Source: Paraspadella gotoi
Taxonomy: Eukaryota > Animalia > Chaetognatha
Assembly: GCA_051294375.1 (NCBI GenBank)
Contig: CM119271.1
Span: 13,011,039-13,074,899 of the forward strand
Length of the DNA stretch: 63,861 nt
Direction of reading: 5' to 3'
Shown: piece after piece, positions 1 to 19,903 of the stretch
How the letters are laid out: each line of letters starts with the position of its first letter
Position numbering within the stretch: the first letter of the stretch is position 1
Position numbers and translations under genes: made by a program
Notes under the pieces: generated by a model
What the model was told of the DNA's origin: nothing
Databases searched by the model: none
The model's input: the letters and a program-made list of their open reading frames with translations, nothing else

Positions 1-649
1 CAGGTGAAGGGATTCTGGGATTTTGTAGCGGAGGCATCGGGATTAGGGACTAAAGATCACGACGGCGAATGGGGACGCGTCATGAGGTCGTTGGCGCAAA
101 CACCAACGATCGGCCGAGCTTTGCAGCTGAAGGATTTCTGGGATTTGTAGGCACGAGGATCGGGATTAGGCGAAACTAAAGATCACAGACGCGCGAATTG
201 GGGACCGTCATAGCGTGTTAGGGGGCAAAAACCCAACCGAGGCGAGTTGCAGGTCGAACGGGCATTCTGGGGACTTTTGGTAAGGCGAGGATCGGCATTA
301 GGGACTAAAAATTCACGACGGGCGAATTGCCGCGGACCGTCACTGAGGCTCGTTCAGGCCAAAACCAACGCACGGCCGAGTTGGCCATGACAGGGATTTC
401 TGGGATTTTGTAGGAGGATCGGGCGACTTAGCGCGACCTAAAGCATCCCCCGACTCGGCGACTTGGGCGACCGCTCCATCGCGGTCTCCGTTCAGCCCCC
501 CGCAACACCCCCCAACCCGCAGGCCGAGTCTGCAGGGTGAAGGATTCTGGGGAATTTCTGTAGGGCAGCGATCAGACGGCGATAGGCTAAAGAATCACGC
601 GCCGCGCCCGCAAGTTGGGCGACGCGCTCATCCGAGGTCGCTTTAGGCG
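1..649 (+). repeat. Noisy tandem array (~120-bp unit, ~5 copies) of the calmodulin exon/intron junction found at ~5270-5379
   Basis: Each unit reads approximately atcacgacgggcgaattggggaccgtcatgaggtcgttagggcaaaacccaaccgaggccgagttgcag-gtgaagggattctggggattttgtagggaggatcgggattagggactaaag, matching 5270-5379. It has many indels and ends at an N-gap (650-674). Confidence 0.85.
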
Positions 650-674
650 NNNNNNNNNNNNNNNNNNNNNNNNN

Positions 675-709
<35 letters not shown>

Positions 710-1096
710 CTTTCCATTATTCAGCGAGAGATCGAAAAAATCTTGCTGGTCGACTTTATTCATACTTTTTTATTTATCTCATTTATTTTATTTGGATTAT
801 TTATAAATTCATTTCTAAGTTGACATCATAAGCCAGAGCCATCAATTTGATGGAGAGAATATGTTCCAGTATTTATAAAAGTTTAATATTAACCTTAAAT
901 ATATAAAAGACAACCAAGTGATATATCAATGGCAAACAAACGATAACTCTTACATAAATTGTTTTTTTTTCTGTGAAAAAATGTGAATCACCAGACTTCG
1001 TGACGTTTATCATTTTCTCAATACTTATCATGTAGAACTTTTTTTTTCTCTCTCTCTCTTTCTCTCTCTTTCTCTTCTTCTTTTCTCTTCTCTCTT

Positions 1097-1160
<64 letters not shown>

Positions 1161-1181
1161 CTCTCTTCTCTCTCTTCTCTC

Positions 1182-1213
<32 letters not shown>

Positions 1214-1220
1214 CTCTCTC

Positions 1221-1251
<31 letters not shown>

Positions 1252-1827
1252 TCTCTCTCTGCCTCCGCTTCTCTCTCTTCTCCTCTCTTTCCTCTCTCTC
1301 TCCAACGCGCCTCGCCATCGTAGCTCTCCTCTCTCTTCTCTTTCCTCTCTCACCACGCGCCATCCCACGTTAGCCTCTCGCTCTCTATTCAGTTCCAGAG
1401 ACGCCGACGGACAGCCGGACAGCGCGTCTCTGTCCGACAAAAAAAAAGGGAGCGCCATCTAACGCCACGCCCCTTCCTTTTTTTGATGCCCTCCGATGCC
1501 CTCCGATGCCATCCGATGCCATTCGATGCCATTCTCACGTATAAATAAACAAAAACGTTCGACGCGAAATTCCATCTGAAAAAAAATATTTTGTTTTTGT
1601 TTTATTTTCAAATTTTCCCGCAAAAAAAAAAAGGACAAAAAAATTTACGCGCGTCGAAAAAGGAGATACATAAAAAACTTCGCCTACGCTACATTTGTTT
1701 CGTTTTGTTTTTTGGTTTTTTTTTTGGTTGTTTTTTGTTTTGTTTTCTGTCTAAGAAAAAACCAGCGGCCTTCCGGGTCGGCCGCCCCCGACCCCCTCTT
1801 CGCCTTCACCCTCTTTTCCCGCCTGCC

Positions 1828-2575
1828 ATGCGAGGCCACGCCTGTCGTTCCACCGACCGGCGCCTGATTGAGATGCCGCCCAACATCATGAAGACTCTGT
1901 ATCGATACTTCGTCAGTTGGGGTCTTTGTCCACCGGCCGAGGTTCAGCCCGGAACCGACCCGCGGCGATACTCATTCAGGTTTAAAAAAAAAAATGAGGA
2001 GGGGAAGAAAGGCGCGGATTGGTCGAAGTTGATCACGTGACCGAGAGATTTGACCAATCCGAAATTAACTTGAAAAATTTTAGGAATTAAAAATGCAGAT
2101 TAAATCCGTCAAGGGGAAAAAAAACAAACTATAAGTTATAATGTACAATAGTAAATTAGAAAATTATTTTCTTATTTGTTTGTTTGTTTGCTTGTCAATA
2201 ACTAGCGACATTGGTATTACTACTTATATACATGGTGGCAATTTTACAAGCGCCGGTAAAAAAACGTTGCCATTTGCAAACCCATGAAGTTTATTTTATA
2301 TTAATTTGTTATTTAAAAAAGTCAATCCATTCCTTTTGAATAACTGTATCTTCAATGATACATCGCAGTATCTCAGTATAACAGTATCACGAATCATTCT
2401 TTTTTTTCAACTTCTCCAAATTCTTTATCGTAACTCTTGGCCGGCCATCAACTCAGCGAGTGTCGCACGGAGTCTGAAGAAGATCAGCGATACCGAGAAG
2501 CCATCCAGAGATTTTATTATTTGATCCAGCTGGCCCAGAACGCGGAACAGGGGCTGGCAGAGGAACAGATAAAGG
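1828..2575 (+). CDS. Putative long N-terminal exons of the calmodulin-like gene (1828-1979, 2457-2575)
   Basis: gcctgccATG at 1828 (or ATG 1873). The exon ends TTC AG|gtttaa (phase 2) and joins actcag|C GAG (phase 2). The second exon ends ...GLAEEQIK G|gtaag (phase 1), in frame with 5223 (E-FKEAF). LAEEQIK resembles calmodulin LTEEQIA. Confidence 0.5.
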
Positions 2576-2780
2576 GTAAGGTAAAGGGGGAGCAACTTCC
2601 CCGCGAAAACACGCAGTATCATCTAACGACCCACGTTTAACATTTATCTTTAGAGCATTGTTATTATTATCAACATTATTATTATTTTAAACTTTGTACT
2701 CACTACTCACCGCATGAGTATTATTTTTTCTGCATGACGTTAGACTTTTTTGTTTTTTTGTTTTTTTTTTCGTTTCGCAG

Positions 2781-10613
<7,833 letters not shown>

Positions 10614-10765
10614 AGAGTCAGCCCCTTCGATCTGTCTCGACAACAACAAAAACAACGACAACAACAACGACAACGACGAGTTACGTTGATTGGACGACAC
10701 CGTCGTCGTCGTCGTCGTCGTCGCCGAGATAAAAGACCGGGGAGAAAAAGAAAGAAAAAGTCCAT

Positions 10766-10828
<63 letters not shown>

Positions 10829-11139
10829 CGTTCCCAGAGAGAAAAGAGAAAGAGAGGTAAAGAATAGAAAGAAAGGATCCTTATTATGCAAATTTTATTG
10901 AATCTCTTTTCTACTCGTTTTTTTTTTCTCTCTTTTTGTTAAAACCGAAGACCTGAGTTAGTATTTTCGTCTTCGTGAGTTTCTAAATGCCGTTTTCAAC
11001 TCAGCATTAACGGCATTTGAGACTCATTTAATTTTTTTTTTTGTCAGAATCCCCCCCCCCGTCTACCAATTACTTTTCGATTTTTAGTACATCACTTACC
11101 GCGTAGTTATTAAATTCTCATCGTTACCTTTTTCTCTTT

Positions 11140-11266
11140 GCGCCATCTAGAAGGCGAGTCTTTCGTAAGTCCTCTCCTCTTAGCGCCATCTAGAAGGCGA
11201 GTCTTTCGTAAGTCTTCTCCTCTTAGCGCCATCTAGAAGGCGAGTCTTTCGTAAGTCCTCTCCTCT
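11140..11266 (+). repeat. 43-bp tandem repeat x3 downstream of the calmodulin stop codon
   Basis: gcgccatctagaaggcgagtctttcgtaagtcctctcctctta starts at 11140, 11183 and 11226. Confidence 0.95.
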
Positions 11267-12597
11267 TTTCCCTTTTTCCACAATTTTTCGTTCATTTGTT
11301 TTGTTTTTCGTCCTAATTATTTGTGACTTTTTTTTTTTAAATAAAAAAAAACAAAACAAAACAAGTGCCGTGGGCGTTCTCTCGGGATCGAGCCGACTTA
11401 CGTATCACGAAACCCAAATTGTATAAATTGTATAAAACAAGACATTGTTTATTCTTTTTTTTTTTTTTTCTAAATCAAAACGATACTCGGGTGAATTTAG
11501 CTATTTATTTCCATGTTTTCTTTTCTCGTTATTCACTTTCCAAGAATTAAAACTTCGCGCGCGAAAATTCAAAAGCGCGATTCCTGGAATTTTCTCTATT
11601 TCGTTCGGATTCGAATTAAAAAAAACAAAAAACAAAAAAACAACTTATTTTTCGGATCGTCACAAAACAATTTTAACGCTTTCCGTGAAAGCAAATTAAC
11701 AAAATAAAACCAAGCAATATATTTAAGAAATAATAACATAAGCAGCTTGGCGGGTCGAGCCCGCCGCATTATCTCGATTTCATTAATTAATTAATTAATA
11801 CATTTCGCTTCTCGCACATTCAGTATTGCCTCGTTACAAAAAGATGCGGGCTTTCACTTTGCTTTTCATACTTTTTTTTTTCTTGCTTCGATTGGCGACG
11901 ATATGCTCGGTCGGGGCCAAATTGTCAATTTAAATCGTTTTAGATAGATTTTCAGATTCGATCTAGCAATATTCGAATGAAGCTAAAAAACGATTATTTT
12001 TGTTTCTTGTTTTTATCTTTTATGGCGAGACTTAAATGTCAATACTAAAAGCAAATATATTACAACAGAAAAAAAAATCAGAGTGAGCTTGTCGCAATTT
12101 TTAGCTAATCCGCGTTAAGTTTATTTTGTATTTTCATAATATAAGCGTGAATTTTGTAATTGTTTCGTGTTATAAATTACAAATACTTTCTGCGTTTTTT
12201 CATTTTTATTTGTTTTCGAAGATAAATCAAAGCAATAGGAATCAGTAGAATTAAAGTGCCATCAGAATGCCTGATTCAATCAAAAAAATCAAAAAAGATA
12301 TTTAGCCTACAAAAAACAAGACATTTGAACATTTTTTATTCTTTCATGATTTAATGCTGTCGAATACATTAAGAGAATATTGTTATTTATCAAACAAATT
12401 ATTAATTAAGTGGCGAAATAAAATTGTTTCAGTTGAATCTCTCGATGCTCTTTTGAAAAAGTCGATTGAGAGAATTAAAGTAAGAACTGACTGCGCTGCC
12501 GCGTGGGTAAAAACGACATCATCCCGGGAATCGTCGTCATCATCGTCCCCTGGTCCCAGAAGAGTTCCCAGGTAAAAAGCCGTAATTTTAAGAAAAA

Positions 12598-12634
12598 CTG
12601 ATGAAGGCTTGAAATAAGCAAGCCGAAACATGTC
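12598..12634 (+). ncRNA. Minimal hammerhead ribozyme-like motif (stem I not evident)
   Basis: CTGATGAA-GGCTTG-aaataag-CAAGCC-GAAAC-AT-GTC. Confidence 0.55.
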
Positions 12635-13331
12635 CAACTACTAATAAAAAATCGTTGTTAAATTCAAAATTCTTTGCTCTCTCTAATACCTATGAACAAC
12701 GAAAAAGAAAGGATTAACGCATCAAGAAAAACTCCGAAAGATTTGGAAAAAAAAAATCTTACTACAACCACCATTATAATCCTTAACAGAGAGGGGGAAA
12801 ATTAATTGTCATAATTGTAAAAGGTTCAATTTATTTCGTTTTAACGTATATTTTTAAGTAATAAGTTCTCAACCAAAAGAACATTGAAATCTGGAGAGGC
12901 TCGTCGCGAACCTCGCGGATTCTTTCGGCTACCGAATATTTAGCAGAATTTAAATATCTTAAATATCTTTTTATAAGTAATTAAGCCTATTTAAAGAGCA
13001 ATACGTCATTGGGTTTGATGTTAGAATACCAAAAATTGTTTATGTATTGAGTTTTTTTCCGTTTAAAAGCTTAATTCGTTTTATATTCGAATTATAACTT
13101 TACTCGTCTGTTGGCTTCGGACATATGGTATCAACTAGACAAAACTTCGATTTGATTTAAGTGAACCAAACTGAACATGCCTCAAGGACTAGTATAGTAT
13201 TAGGGCAACCCGGGGATTTTTTTGGGGGGAGGGACATCATAAAATCGAGACAAAATTTTTAAAAAATCATTTCTCAAAAACTCAGAAATTTATTAAATCT
13301 GATTATTTGTGGGTCTAGTAAGTCATTCGCG

Positions 13332-13365
13332 CTGATGAAGAGTTACAAGGAAGTCGAAACATGTC
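13332..13365 (+). ncRNA. Degenerate minimal hammerhead ribozyme-like motif
   Basis: CTGATGAA-GAgTT-acaagg-AAGTC-GAAAC-AT-GTC; one mismatch in stem II. Confidence 0.45.
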
Positions 13366-13573
13366 CATTTATTATTTGTTTCTATTAAAAATCGTTGTGA
13401 ACAAAATACAAATTTTCTTCTCTCAAATATTAAAATTTTATCTCGTTTATATATTTTACCAGGTATGTCTCTTCACAGTGACGCGCCCCGGTTACACTAA
13501 CCAGAAACCAAGCCCGCAAAATCGGGAGATGACGAAACCGTATTTTCTCTTCTTCCGACTTTAAAGAAAAATT

Positions 13574-14546
13574 ATGCGTTCGGCGTTGACGTCGCTCAAG
13601 GGATTGATAAATATCAGCGGCGGTGACTTTCGTCTGCGCTATTTTCGCGCACCCTTCTGGGCGTCAATCCCCAAAGCGTCCTCGGTTACATCTGCGCGGA
13701 GATGGCGAGGTTTTTCGACGACGGGCGCAGTGTACAATCACTACAGAACCTTGGGACTCGAACAGACTGCCTCGGCCGACGAAATCAAGAGAGCCTTTTA
13801 CATCCGGTCTAAAGAGTTTCACCCGGATGTGAATCCCGGTGACCCGAAGGCGGAGGAGCGGTTCAAGGCCGTGTCGGAGGCTTACACTGTCCTCGCTGAT
13901 AAGAGAAGTCGAAGAGATTACGACCTGAGTTTGACCTTTAATTCGGGTAAGTTTGACTATAGATTCAAATTGTGTCCATTTTTAAATATTGTTTTTAGAC
14001 CAATTATAACTTTCAATATAACATCGTCCTATAATCGGAACGGCTTTTAAATTTTAAATTGTGGTTTTTCTGTTGTGCAATTTTGATTATTTGGCCATAT
14101 AAATTATAATTCCAAACTTTTATGTAAATCTTTTGTCTTTGAGAGTCTTTGAGCGTCTTCTTTTGTTTTGAGTGCAAATTTGAATTTATCATATAATTTC
14201 CAACACTCCAATCGGAGTTTCTTAAATTTTCAAGCTTATTAGTAGTAATCATTACTTTTTATGTCAAATCTTTCGATTTTTAGGAAGGAGATACGGAGAG
14301 ACGAGCACCACATACGACGATCACTTCCGAAGTTGGGATGAAGCAAAGATGCGAAATGAGTTCGGCGGTCGTCATGGTTACGGTTACGATCACCGATCTT
14401 ACAAACATTACAAATTCCCTCAACGCTTGAGTTGGGGAAAAATTTTCTTACTTTTATTTTTAATATTCTTGGTAGATGGAACAATTAGAGAACCGACATT
14501 TTCAGAACTCTACTCTCCCTATCAAGGAAGAGGCCCGCCTCGGTGA
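13574..14546 (+). CDS. DnaJ/Hsp40 class C J-domain protein, probably mitochondrial with a C-terminal TM segment (DNAJC30/DNAJC4-like); exons 13574-13946, 14284-14546
   Basis: Arg/Ser-rich N-terminal presequence. J-domain HYRTLGL..ASADEIKRAFY..SKEFHPDVN..AEERFKAVSEAYTVL..RRDYD with the HPD motif. Phase-1 intron G|gtaagt...tag|GA. Hydrophobic WGKIFLLLFLIFLV near the C-terminus. Confidence 0.88.
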
Positions 14547-15564
14547 TGCCTTAATTAAATTGGATCTTTGGATTATAAATGTAAAACAATATATCATACC
14601 CCCGTGTAAAAATGCCACTGATATCATGTCTCGAATTTTGAAATCATATTTAACCTTGATATTTTTTATGCATCAATTTTATTTTATTTTCAATTAAGCT
14701 ATTACTAAATGGATTTTTTGGCTTAAAAATTGTAAAATATTTGAAAAAGTCTTTCTGAACTCGCGAAGATGCATCTTCAGATTTCATGTGTAGAAGGGAA
14801 GGGAAATAAATAAAATGAATCCGAAAGATTTAAGAAAAAATCTGATAAAAGGAGAAAAAGGACCCTTTATAAAGTGATTTCTTAAATTTAAATTGTCTCG
14901 GTTATTTATTTTCGAATTGTTTTTTTTTTCAGCTGTTAAGTTTATCATGTGAGTCGTAAGATCCGCCATGATATAAACTTTAAAAAACCATAAGGAGCCA
15001 TGTTACTCTCTTGCCAGTTTTGAATAAATCGTCCGTTCCTCACTTTTTTTTCAACAAGTAAGTTTTACTTCATCTGTGATTTTTAATTTTCAGTAGAAAA
15101 ATTCTAAAATAAAGAATCTTTGCATTGCATTCGGCATATTCCTGTAAAGGATGGCTACGGTATTCGAAGGTTAAGAATTGGCTTTAAAATTTCACCTGTT
15201 TACTTCATTAAAAACGCTTAAGATTCACAGAAACTCACACGTGTGCCAACTAATGTAGTACGCCTGTCTCGACATTAAAAAAAAAAGTTTCTTGCTATAT
15301 TTTGCTAGTGTCGTGATATCTCGTGTGTCTTCATCGCTTTTTTGCTTTCTTTTCTCTTAACTTTTTGACTCTTTTAAATTTTTTGTTTGTCTTTTTGTGT
15401 TTGAAAGGAAAGACGACTGTTGTCTCGTAAGAAATTATTTTTTTTGACGAAACGAATCTACTTTAGATTCGTCCCGTTCTGCCAAAAAAAAATCCCAATT
15501 TTCAACTCGTTGCCACGCCCCCCCCCTCTGTCCCGCCATCGTATCCCCAGCTGCAGCTTCCACG

Positions 15565-18421
15565 ATGACGTCACTTGACGCGGACGAAATCATCGAGCGG
15601 TCGATGAGCGAGGATGATCCAAACGGAAATGCCTTCAGCGATAAGAATGCCACGGAAAAGGTCGGTTATTTCAAAAGATTTCTTTGGCAAGATAAGATCA
15701 TAAACGAGCTAAATTTTAAGCAACGACCTAACAATCTTTTTATAACCGTCGGGTAGCTTGTGATACCGAAATGGATGTGACGTCTCACCTGTTTGGCGCT
15801 AGGGGGTTTCGGACCCTTAGTGGCGCCAACTGATTCTGGCGTGGTTAGCCTTATATCGTCTCGCTTTGCCAAAGCAGCGGCGAGTCATTAACTGATTAAG
15901 ATTGTACAGTGTATGCTAGTTGCTACGCCACGTTCGATTTAACCCTCCCAGCAGATTCTTTGACCACGCCAGCTGCAAAGACCACCGATATATTTCCCAT
16001 CACCCGAAACAGGTGCCACGTTGGGGCCCGCAGCACGCTGGTGCCCAGATCCTCGCGTCGGGTTACACGACGCAGAAACGGGTGCAAGAGACGGTGTCCG
16101 TCGTCGTCTGCTCTGCGCTCATCGTCGTTAACGGCGTCGCCCTTTTTACCCAACTCTATACTCTCGAAGATCTAAGCTCAAGGTTAGAATGTGTGGAGGA
16201 TGACCGAGCCGCTTAAATTTATTTTCAAATCAAATACTTAAAATGTTAAGACTTTCTTTCATCAGGATTTTGCCCATCGCCGCCGCTTGCCTTCTCGGCG
16301 TCCTGACGGCCGACTTCGCCTCGGGAATCGTTCATTGGGGAGCCGACACTTGGGGCTCCGTAGAATTACCCGTCGTCGGTATAGTCGACTAGATTTTTAA
16401 GAAAACCTTGATTAATAATATCACTTTTACCTCTCTTCCTTCTCTTTTACCTCTCTTCCTCTCTTTTTACCTCTCTTCCCCTCTTTTTACCTGTCTTCCT
16501 CTCTTTTTACCTCTCTTCCCCTCTTTTTACCTCTCTTCTCCTTCTTTTTACCTCTCTTCCCTCTCTTTTTACCTCTCTTCCCCTCTTTTCTTACCTCTCT
16601 TCCTATCTTTTTACCCCTCTCTTTCCCCTCTTTTATCTCTTTTTTACCTCTCTTCCCTCTCTTAATCCCTATTCCTCACTCCTCTTCATTTTTATCAATC
16701 CTCGTCCTCGCTAATTAAAATTACTATATTATATTATTATTATTAATTATATTGATTTATGTATTAACTATTGTCCAATATAATTCGTTGATAAACAATT
16801 CAAAATTGCTTTTCTCTAAATATTATATTGCTATATAATGTAAAAAAATGTTTTTTAAATATTTTAAGTTTTTTTAGTTGATTCTGATAGAGCTCAAAAA
16901 GTTAAGCAAATTATGTAATTACTACTTTTTAAAATCTTTATGTTTTAATACTGAAATTTAGCAAAAACTGCTAAAATTATCGGATGATGATGATGATGAG
17001 GATGATTTTTTTTCAGGTTTTTCCCAATTTTGACCCATAATCATCAGATATGTGAAAAAAGAATTATACTTTGTATAGACAACTTTTTAGAAGCTGCTCA
17101 TAAAAATACAAAATTCAATAACACATTTCCTATCTATAAATAAATATTAAAAAAATAATTACTAGTGCTTCTAGCCATTTTAGGAAATTTTGGTCCATTG
17201 AAAGTGTTCTCAGAAATGTATGAAGTTTCATTTGGGAAGGTTCGCAAATCAAACTTCTGACCCACCCCATTGACAAAGTTTGGCTCTACTTCAGGCAAAG
17301 CGCTCATTCGTCCATTCCGAGAACACCACATCGACCCCACGTCAATAACCCGCCACGATTTTATCGAAACGAACGGCGATAACTTTGCGTTATGCATACC
17401 TCATCTTTCACTTCAAGCTTACAGGTCGTACGCGGGGGACGGTGGGGGGGAGAGAGTCTAAAGGGTATCTTATTATGGTTTATTTAAATTTTGCGGCTTT
17501 TTGTGAGTCCAAAGTTTCTGAAAAAGTTTGAATTTATTTACTCTTAGAGATGAGCATCGTTCGAATCGAAGCTCCGATCAAGATTCCTTTATATTTCACT
17601 TCTAATTAACAAACTGCATAGTCAAGGCCAAAACAAATTATGTCAATATGGGCAGATTTCGAAAGCTTGGCGTCTTGGGAAGCCAATGGAGGTAGAGCGC
17701 GATCGAAATTCCCATTTTATCATGCCCAAAAATGGTATTTAAATGGACTGGTCAGGCCGTTTTTTCCCTATTCTAAGAAAACCTCCTGGCTTTGAGTAAA
17801 AAAGACCAAATCATACATATTAGTACAGTTTCCGAAACCTTATTGTCTTCTCTACATGATGAAAAAAAAGCAAAATTAAAATTCTTGCAATCTTAATTGC
17901 TTGATAAAAGCAATCAAATGAACTGGTTTTTTAGGTGAAAACTGCATAGTCAAGCCTTCTTTTTTTCAATTTTGATCACAATTGACAGAAACTGTATTGA
18001 TTTTACTATTCAAATCAGGTAGAGCGCGGCTTAATTCAAAGCGTTTTCTCAATATAATGCAAAATTTAAAAAAAGTCCAATAAAAACTATTAAAAACAAA
18101 ATCGTCGCACAGTGTTGCTTGTGAGTTCAAAATGCTAAAAAAATAAATTTTTTAAATTTTTTATATATATATTATATATAAAAATATTTATATAAATATA
18201 TTATAGTATTGAAAATAAATTTTTTTATTCAATCTGAGAAAAGGTAGTATTATATATTAGAAAATATATATATATATAAAAATATATTTTACAATAAAAA
18301 TTAATTAATTTTTTTATTATGGTGATAATTAAAAATATAAAATTAAAATAAAATTTTAATTTTAATAAAATATAATAATCATATTAAATAAATAAATAAA
18401 AAAAAAATTATTTTTTTTATT

Positions 18422-18458
<37 letters not shown>

Positions 18459-19903
18459 TAAAAAAATAAAATAATAATAAAATATAAATATTTTATTTTT
18501 TAATTTTATTTTTTTAATTATAATTATTATTTTTATTTTTATTATTATTATTTTATTATTATTATTATTTTATTATTATTATATAATCTGATAATAATAT
18601 ATATTTTATTATAAAATAATTTTATTTTATTATATTTAAAATATAAAAAATTATGTTTTAATTTTTTTTATATATTCAAATAAATTTTTAAAAAAATATT
18701 TTTTATAATTAATATATATAATAAAAAAATATTTTTAACTGAACGGGATTTTTCTGAAAAATTCAGGCCCAGGATCTCACTGTGCGCCGGTTCTAAAGCT
18801 TAGTACTACGCATAGTACTAATCTTTGTTGGATCAAACGAGCTCGATTTTAAAGGAAAGTTGATCGGTTTGAAGAGCGATTTTTGCGATTGCTTTTTGGC
18901 GATTACTTTTGAACGGATTGTCGGATTATGATGAAATTATGCATGTAGATAATGTTTGTAATTGTCTATCGAACGCTACCAAATTTGATATAAAACAATG
19001 AGTTGTTTAGAAACGATGCTCATCCCCATTACTCTGCTTGTCGGCTTTTTGTTCTTCGTTTTAATGCATTGAATTAATTTTTTTTTCTCAAATTGACAGA
19101 TTTTTTGTAACATCCGAATCCCATGCCTCATTATACTGGGAATGCTACATCTATTTTCTAGCCATATTTGTTCTTTTAACAAATCAGGTGATTATTTTCA
19201 ACGACGCTCTGATTTTGTCCCCGAGATGGGAATTTTGCTTGATAAACCAATATTTTTTACCATGGACAGATTCACAAGTGGTCCCATACTTATTTTGGCC
19301 TTCCTTGGTGGGTAACGAAACTACAGGACTTTCACATCATTCTGCCGCGACGTCATCACCGGATTCACCACGTTTCTCCTCACGAGACGTACTTTTGTAT
19401 CACAACAGGTGAACTTTTAACTTTGATATTTTAAATTAAGTTGCGTAAACTTAATGTAATGTAATGTACGCTTTGTATAATAACATTAGCGCTTTTGCAT
19501 TTTTAGATGATGCAATGGAAATAATAATATAACCTTGTGTTGTATAGATGCTTCCTCTATCTCCAGAAGACAACACTAACAACCCTATCCCATTAATAAT
19601 CTATTTTCAGATTTAGATTATCAAAAAACAAATTAATAAAAATAATAATAAATAAAAAAAAAATTTGTAATATATAATTTTAGTGAATATTATAAAGTAA
19701 TTTTGCAATTTTCATCATTAAAATTGACCTCGAATAGATTTCTTCTCATGTTAAATTGCTAATACAATTATTTATAAAAAGGTTGGCTGAATTGGCCCCT
19801 GGAAAAATTGGGTTTTTGGAGAACGTTTGAAGAATTGATAACATTTGTGACGAAAGAAATTCCTCGATCCGATGACATGAAATGGGCGCAGAAAACTCAC
19901 TGA
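15565..19903 (+). CDS. PEDS1: Plasmanylethanolamine desaturase (TMEM189/Kua); exons 15565-15660, 16013-16182, 16266-16378, 17295-17424, 19100-19187, 19270-19408, 19782-19903
   Basis: Conserved motifs [105 protein letters not shown]. All introns are GT-AG and in phase. Confidence 0.97.
16425..16662. repeat. ~20-bp pyrimidine-rich minisatellite (ttttacctctcttcccctct) in PEDS1 intron 3
   Basis: About 11 imperfect tandem copies read directly. Confidence 0.9.
17545..19028. mobile_element. Non-autonomous hAT-like DNA transposon filling most of PEDS1 intron 4
   Basis: TIRs tagagatgagcatcgtt (17545-17561) and aacgatgctcatcccca (19012-19028) are 15/17 complementary. The flanks tttactct and ttactctg share ttactct, consistent with a 7-8-bp TSD. 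Confidence 0.75.
18108..18784. mobile_element. Non-autonomous Transib/RAG-like element with RSS-like termini, nested in the hAT-like element
   Basis: cgtcg|CACAGTG at the left and CACTGTG|cgccg at the right: perfect inverted heptamers with a 5-bp GC-rich CGNCG target duplication (1 mismatch). They bracket an almost pure A/T interior. Confidence 0.75.

Noticed and set aside
675-1460. Long ER/RE- and LS-rich ORFs here and at many other (CT)n/(GA)n tracts (e.g. 8.5-9.5, 22.2-24, 40.8, 50.1, 53.9-54.3 kb)
   Set aside because: They are translations of dinucleotide microsatellites with no domain content or splice support.
13474-13480. Other isolated CACAGTG/CACTGTG heptamers (also 22459, 43784)
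   Set aside because: Unpaired, with no TSD or compositional boundary; a few are expected by chance in 64 kb.
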